Shown: one piece after another, positions 1 through 9,272 of the stretch | Layout of the letters: every line of letters begins with the position of its first letter | Position numbering within the stretch: the stretch's first letter is position 1 | Origin: Candidatus Eiseniibacteriota bacterium | GTDB taxonomy: Bacteria; Eisenbacteria; RBG-16-71-46; CAIMUX01; VGJL01 | Direction of reading: 5' to 3' | Assembly: GCA_016867495.1 (NCBI GenBank) | Contig: VGJL01000001.1 | Span: forward strand, 92,153 to 156,152 | DNA length: 64,000 bases | Notes under the pieces: model-generated | Told to the model about the DNA's origin: nothing | Seen by the model: only the letters and a program-made list of their open reading frames with translations | Database searches by the model: none | Position numbers and translations under genes: made by a program

Positions 1-1
1 G

Positions 2-514
2 CTCCTCCGGCAGAGCAAGATCGGCGTCGACCCGGAGAAGAACCGGCTGCTCAAGCTCTTCCGGCGGACCGTTCCAATGGTGCAGGACTACGATGGGCAG
101 AAGTTCTTCTGCCGCCGCAGGGACCGCCTCCTCGCTACCCCGCTCATCGCCGTCCTCCTCGTTGTCGAGACGACAGACGTGGTCTTCGCTCTTGATTCGA
201 TTCCAGCGATCCTCGCTATCACTCGCGATCCCTTCATCGTCTTCGCCTCGAACATCTGCGCAATCCTCGGCCTGCGATCGTTCTACTTCCTCTTCGCCAC
301 CCTCGTCGATCGTCTGCACTATCTGCAGTACGGCCTGGCGGTCGTGCTCTGCTTCGTCGGGGTCAAGATGGTCCTCTCGCACTTCGTCAAGATCCCGATC
401 GGAGTCTCCCTGGAGTTCGTCGCGGCGGCCATCGCCGTTTCTGTCATCGTCTCGCTCATGAGGCCCGGGAAGAGCCGGCGGGAAGCCGTCCAGGCCGAGG
501 CCGCGGAATCGTGA
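2..514 (+). CDS. TerC-family integral membrane protein, C-terminal part (5' end lies outside the window)
   Basis: The reading frame is open from base 2. The translation shows conserved TerC-like motifs (PEKNRLLKLFRR, YDGQKFF) followed by several hydrophobic helices. Its stop overlaps the murB start (ATGA). Confidence 0.6.
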   Translation, partial: LLRQSKIGVDPEKNRLLKLFRRTVPMVQDYDGQKFFCRRRDRLLATPLIAVLLVVETTDVVFALDSIPAILAITRDPFIVFASNICAILGLRSFYFLFATLVDRLHYLQYGLAVVLCFVGVKMVLSHFVKIPIGVSLEFVAAAIAVSVIVSLMRPGKSRREAVQAEAAES

Positions 515-1410
515 TGCGTCGGGGGAGCTGGACTGAAGGGGCGCGCCTTGCGCCATTCACCTCCTGGCGGATCGGCGGCCCTTGCCGCGCGCTCGCAGAG
601 CCCGCGACGCCGGAGGAGCTGACCATCTCGCGCAGAGAAGCGGAGCGCCTCGGCTGGCCGGTCTTCCTGTTGGGAGGCGGGACGAACCTGCTGGTCGCCG
701 ATGAGGGGTATCCCGGTCTGGTCGTTCGCTACGCGGCCCGGGGAAGGAGCCTCGAGGTGATCGGGGATCGCGCCATCGTCCGCGCGGAGGCCCGTATGCC
801 TCTGGCCGGCCTCGCCCGCGAAACCGCCCGGTCGGGATGGGCGGGGATGGAGTGGGCGGAGGGGATTCCCGGAACCCTGGCCGGCGCCGCCGTCGGCAAT
901 GCCGGCGCCTACGGGGGGCAGATGGCCGATGTCGTCGTGGGAGTGGAAGTCGTCCTGCCCGACGGCAAGCTGGAAACCTGGCCTCCCGGTAAGATGGAGT
1001 ACGGCTACCGCCGCTCTGCCCTCAAGGGGCGCGATCCCGCGGGCCCTACCGTCGTGGCCGTTCAGATCGAGCTTGAGCGGGACGATCCGGAGCGCCTTGC
1101 GGCCGAGATCCGACGGATCGCCGGCGAAAGGAAGTCGAGGACGCCGGCCGGGGCTTCCTGCGGATCTGTCTTTCGCAACCCGCCCGGAACCTCGGCGGGC
1201 AGGCTGATCGACCAGGCGGGCTGCAAGGGACTGCGAAAGGGAGGCGCGTTCGTCAGCGATCTGCACGCGAACTACATCTTGAACGAGGGTGGAGCGCGAG
1301 CCCGCGACGTCCTCGATCTGATCGACGAAGTGCGCCGTCGCGTTCGCGGAGCCTTCGGGATCAGTCTGGAGCTGGAGATCCAGCTGGTCGGCTTCGGCGA
1401 GTCAGTCTGA
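511..1410 (+). CDS. murB: UDP-N-acetylenolpyruvoylglucosamine reductase
   Basis: Translation has an FAD-binding region (GGGTNLLV) and the MurB C-terminal motif FRNPPG...AGRLIDQAGCKGLRKGGAFVSDLHANYILN. GTG/ATG start at 511 overlaps the upstream stop. Confidence 0.85.
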   Translation: MMRRGSWTEGARLAPFTSWRIGGPCRALAEPATPEELTISRREAERLGWPVFLLGGGTNLLVADEGYPGLVVRYAARGRSLEVIGDRAIVRAEARMPLAGLARETARSGWAGMEWAEGIPGTLAGAAVGNAGAYGGQMADVVVGVEVVLPDGKLETWPPGKMEYGYRRSALKGRDPAGPTVVAVQIELERDDPERLAAEIRRIAGERKSRTPAGASCGSVFRNPPGTSAGRLIDQAGCKGLRKGGAFVSDLHANYILNEGGARARDVLDLIDEVRRRVRGAFGISLELEIQLVGFGESV

Positions 1411-1421
1411 CGATCCCGAGG

Positions 1422-2945
1422 TCAGGGAGCCACGAAGAGCCGAAGCCAGGCCTCCTCGCGCGCGCGAAGCGCGGCGATGGCGCCGGCGCCCGGCTTCCCC
1501 TGCTGGAGGATGCAGAAGGCGTAGCGTTCCCCTCCGGCCCGATCGACGTAGCCGGCCATGCTGCTCACGCCGATGTCGCCGAGCGTCCCTGTCTTGGCGC
1601 GCAGCCCCGGGGCGCCGCCGTCTCGGAAGCGCTTCTCCATGGTCCCCTCGTCCCCGGGGCGGGCGAAGGAGGCATAGAGGTCCGGGAAGATCCTCTCTTC
1701 GCCGTGCGCCCAGGCGAGGAGGCGCACGATCTGCTCGGCGGAGATCCGGTTCGAGGGAGAGAGGCCGCAGCCATCCTTGAGGATCGGCAGGGGATCCAGA
1801 CCGACCCTGCCGCGGAGCCACTCCTCGACCCTCGCCCTTCCCGCCGCCGCGGACCTGTCCGCGCCGAGATCCACCAGGAGAAGATCCGCCATGAAGTTGT
1901 TGCTCCAGAGATTCATGCTCCGAACGAGGAGCGAGAGCGGCAGGGACTCGAGCGTGGCGAGCGGGTAGGCCCCGGCCGGCGGAGCCCCGAGTCGTACTCC
2001 GGAGACCCCGATCCCCTGCTGCGCCAGGATGCCGCGCAGCATCCCGCCCGCGAGAAAACCCGGATTGCGGGTCGATCGGAAGATTCGCGCCGGGCCCGAC
2101 CCATGGGCGATCGCGCCCTCGAGAGTCCACACTTCCCTCTCCCCATCGAAGCTCCGCCTCGCGACGACCGGCGCGGTCGCCTTCTCAAGAACCGTCTCGA
2201 CGAGGCTGTTGCTCTCGATCCCTGGAAGGGGAAACGGCTCAATCCGGCACTCCGCCCTCTCTCCAACGCTCGCTCCCGGCAGGATGAGGAACGAGACGCT
2301 GTTGAAGTTCACTCCGAGAATCGAGACGGGGGCCGCATACGGGCTGTCCGAGGCTTCCGCGAGCCGCAGCGAATCGAGGTCAGCCACGATCGGAGCGGCA
2401 ACGACGATGTCGCCCCGCACCTCCGTGAGGCCCGAGATCGCCGCTTCACGGCCCAGGAGCCAGAGACGCTCGGAGACGAGGAAGGGGTCTCCATCCCCGA
2501 CCAGGTACAGATCCCCTTCGAGGATCCCGCCGCGCGCTTCCTGCTCCCGGAGGAGCGACGTGGAGAACCGATGCCCCGGGCCGAGCATGTCGAGGGCCGC
2601 CGCGCTCGTCACGACCTTCTGCACGCTCGCGGGGGGGAGCATCAGCTCCCCTCCGATCGCGACCCTCTCCCCCGCTCCGCAGACCGGCGCGAAGACCACG
2701 CCGACGGCGATCGTCTCGTCTTCGTTCGCGGCGCGCAGCGCATCCGCGAGGGCCGCGGGCGTCCCCGCCGATGATCGAGCGGCGATCAGCGCGATCGCGA
2801 AGAGAAGAGCGATGCGCGGGCCCTGCGCCGTTCGCCTTCCGCGACCGCGGGAGGGGCCGGAGATCAGATCCTCCGCGCGGCGGAGAAGAGCGGCCGAACC
2901 CTTGATCCCCCGAGCGTCCGAGAGCGAAGCGCGCCCGCTGGGCAT
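1422..2945 (-). CDS. dacB: D-alanyl-D-alanine carboxypeptidase/endopeptidase, PBP4 family (peptidase S13)
   Basis: N-terminal signal peptide and KTGTL and SNNFMADLLL motifs typical of PBP4/DacB. 507 aa. Confidence 0.75.
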   Translation of the reverse strand: MPSGRASLSDARGIKGSAALLRRAEDLISGPSRGRGRRTAQGPRIALLFAIALIAARSSAGTPAALADALRAANEDETIAVGVVFAPVCGAGERVAIGGELMLPPASVQKVVTSAAALDMLGPGHRFSTSLLREQEARGGILEGDLYLVGDGDPFLVSERLWLLGREAAISGLTEVRGDIVVAAPIVADLDSLRLAEASDSPYAAPVSILGVNFNSVSFLILPGASVGERAECRIEPFPLPGIESNSLVETVLEKATAPVVARRSFDGEREVWTLEGAIAHGSGPARIFRSTRNPGFLAGGMLRGILAQQGIGVSGVRLGAPPAGAYPLATLESLPLSLLVRSMNLWSNNFMADLLLVDLGADRSAAAGRARVEEWLRGRVGLDPLPILKDGCGLSPSNRISAEQIVRLLAWAHGEERIFPDLYASFARPGDEGTMEKRFRDGGAPGLRAKTGTLGDIGVSSMAGYVDRAGGERYAFCILQQGKPGAGAIAALRAREEAWLRLFVAP

Positions 2946-2951
2946 CCTGTG

Positions 2952-4850
2952 TCAGTCCTCCAGCTCGAATCGCTGGAGGGGCGTCCGGCCCGCCAGCAGG
3001 TCGACCGACAGCTCCGCCAGAACCGATGGATTCTCGAGGCCGAAGCGAGCGAGGACGTCCGGATCGACTTCGCCGAGCATGCCGGCAACAGCGCCGTCGG
3101 GCATCAGCAGCCGCGCGCAGCGGCCCTTCAGAAACGGCGCCTCGGACGCGGCCTCCCAGGAGGGAGTCACGCCGAACTCCCGGGCGACCGCCTCGGCGTA
3201 GGCCCGCGCATCGGTGAATCCCACCTTGGGTCCGATGATCCCGAAACCCACCGACCGCCGCTCGCGCGCGCGCGTCTCCGACTGCTCGTCCAGATCGACG
3301 ACGTCCCCCACTTCGAACACGCGCTGCGGCAGCGGCTGATGGCGGTTGTGCCGGAAGATCTGCAGGAGTCCGGGCAGCAGGCTCCTCCTCAAGCGGGTCT
3401 GCTCGGTCGAGATCGGATTGGCGATTCGCACCGCCCGGTCGTCCGGCGGCCTCCCCAGGTTGCGGTCGTGCTCCTCATCGCTGCTCAAGATCATCGTCAG
3501 GCTCTCGTGGAACCCGAGGCCGCAGAGAACTTCCCGGACGTGGGACGTCAGGGTCTCCAGGGCGCGGGGCTTGCCGACGGTCCTCGCGGGGAGAAGCTCC
3601 GGCGCGATCCGGTGGTATCCATAGGCGATCGCCAGGTCCTCGATCAGGTCGTTCTCGTGGAGGATGTCGTTGCGATAGGCCGGGATCGACACATCGATCA
3701 CGCCTTCGTTCGACTCGCGCGCGTCGTGTCTCATCCGTTCCAGCAGCTCGACCGCCTGCCCGGCCTCGATCCTGATGCCGAGAAGCCGCGCGCTCTTCTC
3801 GACGGCCACGCGGCCCGGCTGCGGGGTCAGATCGGGCATCAGCAGGCTTCCCTCCATGCCGGCCCGCCCGCTCATGTCGCTCGCTCCCTCGATCGCGACG
3901 GCCCGAAGCCTCGCTCCGGAGAGATTCTCGAGCATGGAGGTCACGAGGATGTTGAGGGCCCGCTGCACGACGCGCTGGCCGAGCCCGGTCACGTCGATGA
4001 AGAGGTTCCTGCTGCCGAGGTGGACCTTCGTCTCCTCGCTGTTGATGATCGGCGGCATCGACAAGACCTTCCCCGTGCGATCGCGGAGGATCGGATACCG
4101 ATCGAACGAGTCGAGGAGGTGGCGGAAGGCCCGCCCTTTGGGGTGGCGATCAAGGATCTCTCGCAAGGTCATCCCGACGCCATCGGCGACCCCCAGGGGG
4201 ACGAAAGCGTATGCGGAAGGGTCCTCACTCGTATACTCGATCTCCGGGACCACAGTGTCGAAGTCGTAGACGCCGATCGAGGCGAGTTTCCGGTTGCGGC
4301 CGAGGGCCCAGTGCAGGTTCTCCTGCAGCTTCATCAAGACCTTGAGCGTTCCCTCGTCCAGCCTGACATTCTCGAGCACCGCGCACGCGATGTGAGGGCG
4401 ATGACTCCCGGGCAGCCTGACAGAGGGATCGACACGAACCGTCGCCGCCTGCGGCCCGACCTCGTAGACGGGCGCTCCACGCTCCAGGTCGAGGTAGCCT
4501 CGAAGAGCCCGGGCGAGCCCTCCCGGGTCGAACATGTCGGGCCTCACGGCCAGCAGCTCCATCCGGACGACCTCGATCTCGGGGAGGTCCTCGAGGGTCG
4601 AGGGATCCTGCCGGTGATCCGCATCGCACCGATCGCAACGAGCGGGCGGGTCCTCGGTCGGAGTCCGTTCCTCGATCCACCCGCAGCGCGCGCAGCGGGT
4701 CCTCGGAAGGAGCGCGAATCCCTCCACGTCGCACCCGATCTCCTCCAAGACGCGCAGGAGTCTGTCGCGGGGGATCTCGGCGCCCAGGCGCTCGCGCAGC
4801 GCATCCAGCGGGATCGCGATCACAGGCATAGAGGAACCCCCTTGAGCCAC
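2952..4850 (-). CDS. pheT: Phenylalanine--tRNA ligase beta subunit, archaeal/eukaryal type
   Basis: 632 aa, versus about 800 aa for bacterial PheT. Domain order and motifs resemble archaeal PheT. Immediately downstream of, and overlapping, the pheS-like gene. Confidence 0.7.
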   Translation of the reverse strand: MAQGGSSMPVIAIPLDALRERLGAEIPRDRLLRVLEEIGCDVEGFALLPRTRCARCGWIEERTPTEDPPARCDRCDADHRQDPSTLEDLPEIEVVRMELLAVRPDMFDPGGLARALRGYLDLERGAPVYEVGPQAATVRVDPSVRLPGSHRPHIACAVLENVRLDEGTLKVLMKLQENLHWALGRNRKLASIGVYDFDTVVPEIEYTSEDPSAYAFVPLGVADGVGMTLREILDRHPKGRAFRHLLDSFDRYPILRDRTGKVLSMPPIINSEETKVHLGSRNLFIDVTGLGQRVVQRALNILVTSMLENLSGARLRAVAIEGASDMSGRAGMEGSLLMPDLTPQPGRVAVEKSARLLGIRIEAGQAVELLERMRHDARESNEGVIDVSIPAYRNDILHENDLIEDLAIAYGYHRIAPELLPARTVGKPRALETLTSHVREVLCGLGFHESLTMILSSDEEHDRNLGRPPDDRAVRIANPISTEQTRLRRSLLPGLLQIFRHNRHQPLPQRVFEVGDVVDLDEQSETRARERRSVGFGIIGPKVGFTDARAYAEAVAREFGVTPSWEAASEAPFLKGRCARLLMPDGAVAGMLGEVDPDVLARFGLENPSVLAELSVDLLAGRTPLQRFELED

Positions 4851-6337
4851 TCCGTGTCGGGCAGGTAGAGATCCCGCATGTCACTGAGGTCGTAGCGCAT
4901 CATCGCGATTCTCTCGAGCCCGAGGCCCCAGGCCAGGACAGGGCTCTTGCATCCCAGCGGCTCTGTCACCTCGGGCCTGAAGATCCCCGCTCCACCCATC
5001 TCGACCCAGTCCTTCCGTTTCTCGAACCAGATGTAGACCTCGACGCTCGGCTCCGTGTACGGGAAGAAGGCCGGGCGAAACTGGAACTGTCCAAAGCCCA
5101 TCTTGCGGTAGAAGGCCGAGAGAGTGCCGAGGAGGGTCGCGAAGGACGCCTCCCTGTCCACGACGATGCCGTCGACCTGATAGAAGACCGGCAAGTGCTT
5201 GTAGTCGATCGTCTCGCGGCGAAAGACCCGCCCGACGCAGAAGACCCTCCGCGGCCCGATCGGATCGGCCGCCAGGGCTCGCGCGGTGGTCGCGGTCGTA
5301 TGCGTGCGCAGGACCGCGCGCGCGGCCTTCTTCTCGTCCCATCGATACTGCCATCCGATCGAACCGGTCTCTCCCCCATCTTCGTGAGTCCGCCGGACGC
5401 GATCCACGAGCGTCCGGTCCTCCGGCAGCGGAACATTCCCGGGCCGATCGAGAAAGAAGGTGTCCTGCATCTCCCGCGCCGGATGATCCTGCGGCTGGAA
5501 GAGGGCATCAAAGTTCCAGAACGAGGACTCCACGATCGGTGAGACGATCTCCTGGAATCCCATCTCGAGGAAGACTCGCCGCGTCTCGTCGAGTACGCGC
5601 TGCAGCGGATGCCGCTTCCCGGGGAAGACGGGTTCGGTCGGCAGGTTCACGTCATAGGGACGGATCGTCGCCTCCCGCCACCGGCCCGAGGCGATCAGCT
5701 CGGGCGTGAGCTGGTTCACCTCCGATGCTCTTTCGATGCCCGCGGAGAGCAGCTTCCTCCCCTCGGCGGTCAGGTGAAGGCGCCGATGGGCCTTCTCGCG
5801 CACCTCGCACCATTGCGGGCGCCCCTTGAGGAGTTCGAGCGCCCCCGCGAGATCGACTCCGGCGCGTTCCAGATCCTCCGCGGTCGCCTTCTCTCTGCGG
5901 AGCAACTCATCCAGCAGCCGCTCATCGGCCGTCGCGGCCGGGTCGCGCGCGAGGCTCTGGAGGATGGGGCCATCCTTCTTTCCCCATCCCCGCGACTGGA
6001 ACCAGCGGAGACAACCTCCGATCTCCTTCGGCTCCATTCCGGTCCTGCCCGGGGCATCGGAGATCGCTAGGGTTCCGCCGGCCTCGACCACGGCGGCGAG
6101 GAGTCGGCGTTCCGGGATTCCTCCCTGAATCCAGCGCCGCCCTTCGGGGCGAATCACCAGCTCGCGATAGGCCTCCTCGGCAATTCTCAGGAGCCCGATC
6201 TCGGCAAGCTGCACGGCCGCGGCGGCCACGCGCGCTTGATCGAGAGCGAGATCCTCGCCCAGCTCCGCCACCCTCTTGCCGTCGCCAGCCTCCCCAAGGT
6301 GCGCGAGGAGCCGAATCTGATCGTCAGGCAGGCGCAT
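4820..6337 (-). CDS. pheS: Phenylalanine--tRNA ligase alpha subunit, archaeal/eukaryal type
   Basis: 505 aa with a long N-terminal extension plus class II aaRS core motifs (FRPAFFPYTEPSVEVYIWF..., GWGLGLERIAMMRY). Bacterial PheS is about 340 aa. Confidence 0.8.
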   Translation of the reverse strand: MRLPDDQIRLLAHLGEAGDGKRVAELGEDLALDQARVAAAAVQLAEIGLLRIAEEAYRELVIRPEGRRWIQGGIPERRLLAAVVEAGGTLAISDAPGRTGMEPKEIGGCLRWFQSRGWGKKDGPILQSLARDPAATADERLLDELLRREKATAEDLERAGVDLAGALELLKGRPQWCEVREKAHRRLHLTAEGRKLLSAGIERASEVNQLTPELIASGRWREATIRPYDVNLPTEPVFPGKRHPLQRVLDETRRVFLEMGFQEIVSPIVESSFWNFDALFQPQDHPAREMQDTFFLDRPGNVPLPEDRTLVDRVRRTHEDGGETGSIGWQYRWDEKKAARAVLRTHTTATTARALAADPIGPRRVFCVGRVFRRETIDYKHLPVFYQVDGIVVDREASFATLLGTLSAFYRKMGFGQFQFRPAFFPYTEPSVEVYIWFEKRKDWVEMGGAGIFRPEVTEPLGCKSPVLAWGLGLERIAMMRYDLSDMRDLYLPDTEWLKGVPLCL

Positions 6338-6352
6338 TCCATCGTCCTCTCA

Positions 6353-7165
6353 TCATGACGGCCTCGCCGTCGTTTCCCCTTCTCTCGCGGCCCGAGCGAG
6401 GCGGTGGCTGCCCACGATTGCCGCCGTCTCCGCCCGCAGTCGGGTCGGCCCGAGGGACCAGCGGATCGTACCGCAGGCTTCGAGCGCGCGCCTCTCGCCC
6501 TCGCTCAGCCCCCCTTCGGGCCCCACGAGCAACCGGACGCGCAACGCCCCGCGCAAGTCGGGCAGCGCCTCCGACCCGGCGGGATCGGCCAGCAGGGCCA
6601 CGGTGCGCGCCCCGTCGGGCCGGGACGCTCCCTCACGCCGCGCCGGCGCTCCTCCGCGCTCCGGGGGACCGCTCGCGCCCGAGCCGGAGAGCGCGAAAGT
6701 GACAGGATCCTCGGGATGGACGATCTCGGGCAACCAGGATCGCTCCGACTGCTTCGCGGCCTCGCGCGCGATCCTCTCCCAGCGGGCGCGCGGAATCGCG
6801 GCCGACTCCTTCACGGCGCGCTCCCAGAGAAGAGGCGTGAGCGAATCGACGCCGACCTCGACCGCCTTCTCGAGAAGCCACTCGACGCGCGCCCGCTGCC
6901 GCAGCATCGGGAATCCGAGATCGAGTCGCGGCGCGGGGGGTTCGTCCCGCATCCTCTCGATCACGGTTCCCACCAGGCGCCCCTGCTCCTTCCCCAGAAC
7001 CACCCGGTATCGTCCCCCTCGCCCGTCCACCACCCTGCACGCATCGCCCGGCTTCAACCGGATCACCCTGAGGATGTGGCGGCTCTCCTCCTCGGGAAAG
7101 AGGACGCGGCCATCGACGTCAATGCACTCGGCCGGCACAAGGAAGGGATGGGGATCGCGGCCCAT
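6353..7165 (-). CDS. rsmE: 16S rRNA (uracil1498-N3)-methyltransferase
   Basis: PUA-like N-terminus (RHILRVIRLKPGDACRVVDG) and SPOUT fold; RsmE-like. Located downstream of dnaJ as in many bacteria. Confidence 0.7.
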   Translation of the reverse strand: MGRDPHPFLVPAECIDVDGRVLFPEEESRHILRVIRLKPGDACRVVDGRGGRYRVVLGKEQGRLVGTVIERMRDEPPAPRLDLGFPMLRQRARVEWLLEKAVEVGVDSLTPLLWERAVKESAAIPRARWERIAREAAKQSERSWLPEIVHPEDPVTFALSGSGASGPPERGGAPARREGASRPDGARTVALLADPAGSEALPDLRGALRVRLLVGPEGGLSEGERRALEACGTIRWSLGPTRLRAETAAIVGSHRLARAAREGETTARPS

Positions 7166-7167
7166 GC

Positions 7168-8322
7168 TCAGCCTGCGAAGGCATCCCGGATTCGATCGAA
7201 GAACCCTTTCTCGGCCTTCGCCGGACGGTTCCCCTCCAGGCGGCGGAGCTCCTCATATAGTTCCCGCTCGCGCGCTCCGAGCTTCTCGGGAACGCGGATC
7301 TCGACGCGGATCAGCTGGTCGCCGTGCTCCCGCGACCGCACGGAGCGGATCCCCTTGCCCCGCAGCCGCAGAACCTTCCCCGCCTGGAGTCCGGGCGGGA
7401 TCTCGACCATCGCCCTTCCCCCCAGCGTCGGGACCTCGATCCGCGCGCCGAGGGCCGCCATCGCCGGCGTGATCGTGATCCGAGTCAGAACGTCGTCGCC
7501 ATGACGCTCGAAGATCTCGTGGGGCTTCTCCTCGAAGATCACGATGATGTCGCCAGGAGGGGAGCCCCGGAAACCGGCGTGGCCCCGTCCCCTGAGGCTC
7601 ATGTAGTTCCCCTCCATCACCCCGGGAGGGATCTTGACGATCACCGTCTCCTGGCCCGCGCCGACTCCGTCTCCCCGGCACTCACGGCAGGGGTTCTCGA
7701 TGATCCTCCCTTCCCCGCGGCATCTCGGACAGGCAGTGACATTCACGATCTGCCCGAAGAAGGACCTCTGGACCTGCCGCACCTGTCCCTGCCCCGCGCA
7801 TTGCACGCAGGTCGTGACGCCGCTGCCGGGCTCGCCACCCGTCCCCTTGCAGTGCGGGCAGGGCACACCCTTCTTGACCCGCACCTTCTTCTCCGTCCCT
7901 TCGGCGATCTCTTCCAGACCGAGCTTCAGTCTGATCTGGATGTCTCCCCCCCGCGTCTCCCGCGCCCTCCCGCCCATCTCCTCGTCGCCGAAGAAGGAGC
8001 CGAGGCCTCCGAACTCCCGCATGAAGGCGCGAAGAGCGTCCGAGAGATCGAAACCGAAGCCTCCCCCAGCTCCGGCGCCGCCGGCCCCGTAGGAGGGATC
8101 GACGCCGGCGTGACCGAAGCGGTCGTACTGCGCCCGCTTCGTCTCGTCCGAAAGGACCTCGTAGGCCTCCGTCACTTCCTTGAAGGACTCTTCCGCCTCC
8201 TTGCTGCCGGGATTGCGGTCGGGATGGTGCTTGAGGGCGAGCTTGCGATAGGCCTTCTTGATCTCATCCGGGCCGGCGCTCTTCTCGACGCCCAAGACCT
8301 CGTAGAAATCTCGCTTCGCCAA
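7168..8322 (-). CDS. dnaJ: Molecular chaperone DnaJ
   Basis: J-domain ([12 protein letters not shown]...HPDRN), a G/F-rich region, four CxxCxGxG zinc-finger repeats and a C-terminal domain. Confidence 0.95.
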   Translation of the reverse strand: MAKRDFYEVLGVEKSAGPDEIKKAYRKLALKHHPDRNPGSKEAEESFKEVTEAYEVLSDETKRAQYDRFGHAGVDPSYGAGGAGAGGGFGFDLSDALRAFMREFGGLGSFFGDEEMGGRARETRGGDIQIRLKLGLEEIAEGTEKKVRVKKGVPCPHCKGTGGEPGSGVTTCVQCAGQGQVRQVQRSFFGQIVNVTACPRCRGEGRIIENPCRECRGDGVGAGQETVIVKIPPGVMEGNYMSLRGRGHAGFRGSPPGDIIVIFEEKPHEIFERHGDDVLTRITITPAMAALGARIEVPTLGGRAMVEIPPGLQAGKVLRLRGKGIRSVRSREHGDQLIRVEIRVPEKLGARERELYEELRRLEGNRPAKAEKGFFDRIRDAFAG

Positions 8323-8625
8323 CTCGACAACCCCTCCACGCGCCTTCCCGCCGCGGATCGAGCCGGGACTTGACGCTGATTCCCAACCGTAGGACCCGCA
8401 TCACCGGGGGTCAAGTCGCGTGCCACAGGCCTGATGGACGCCCGCTCTCCGGCTCGCAACTCGGGGGAGAGTCTACGCGTCGGCCGCCTGTCATTGGAAG
8501 CCGTGCCGAGCCCGCGCCGGGATCCGGATTGACCTTCCGCGAAGCGATGGGCTAGCGTGAGGCCTCCCGGCACGAGCGGGTCAGGTCAGCGGATATTCGC
8601 GGTCAGGTCGTCCAAGGAGGGCCAG

Positions 8626-9240
8626 ATGATCGAGCGACTCGGGCGCGAGCCGAGGCTGTCGGGCCGACGCAGGAGAGGCATCGTCTGGACGGGGCTCATC
8701 GGCAGCCTGTCGCTCCTCGTTCTGCTCGGCGCCCTCGGCATCGCCGGCTGCGGAGATGACAAGAGCGGCAAACCGGACGATCAGCCGACTGGACCACGGC
8801 ATCCGCAGGACCTGTTGCCGCCGACCGGAGGCAGCATCACGCGCACCGGCGATCTCCTTCTCGCCGACACCGCCCAGGAGCTTCAGGCCGCGATCAACGG
8901 CGGCTACACCCTGTACGTGAGCTACTCCTTCCAGGAGTTCGCCGGCCAGGAGTACACGGCCCAGGTCGGGGCGGAGCAACGCGTCAGGATCTGGATCTTC
9001 CGGATGGACACGACGGGGAACGCGCAGGGGCTGCACAACGACGAGAACAACCAGATGGGAACGCCAACCGACGAGTACGGCGAGGAGGCGCGGATCGACG
9101 TCAGCACCGCGACCACCATCCGCTTCTGGCGCGGCGTCTACTGGGTGTTTCTCACGATCGACAGCGCCAACGCCGACGCGCAGACCTTCCTCGGCCTGCT
9201 CGCGACCGACATCGACACCGAGATCCAATCCGGAAAGTAG
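8626..9240 (+). CDS. Hypothetical lipoprotein
   Basis: Signal peptide with lipobox (LGIAGCGDD). No recognizable catalytic motifs. An alternative upstream start at 8557 is in frame. Confidence 0.5.
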   Translation: MIERLGREPRLSGRRRRGIVWTGLIGSLSLLVLLGALGIAGCGDDKSGKPDDQPTGPRHPQDLLPPTGGSITRTGDLLLADTAQELQAAINGGYTLYVSYSFQEFAGQEYTAQVGAEQRVRIWIFRMDTTGNAQGLHNDENNQMGTPTDEYGEEARIDVSTATTIRFWRGVYWVFLTIDSANADAQTFLGLLATDIDTEIQSGK

Positions 9241-9272
9241 AGAGCAGGGCTGCGCCTCCCGGAGACGAGCGG

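Noticed and set aside
2949..4868. 639-aa ORF on the plus strand antisense to pheT (similar long antisense ORFs: 1704..2774, 9138..11456, 13694..14839, 14074..15270, 14819..16558, 17350..19401, 27072..28556, 27775..28965, 31192..32580, 33335..34468, 42995..45355, 43365..44564, 48824..49996, 51278..52900, 54904..56166)
   Set aside because: In about 68% GC DNA, stop codons are rare in all frames. These ORFs have Arg/Pro/Gly-rich low-complexity translations, lack start-site signals, and are fully covered by strongly motif-bearing genes on the other strand.
8369..8400. TTGACG hexamer upstream of the 8557/8626 lipoprotein gene as a promoter
   Set aside because: No acceptable -10 element at 16-18 nt spacing. 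It is not distinguishable from background.
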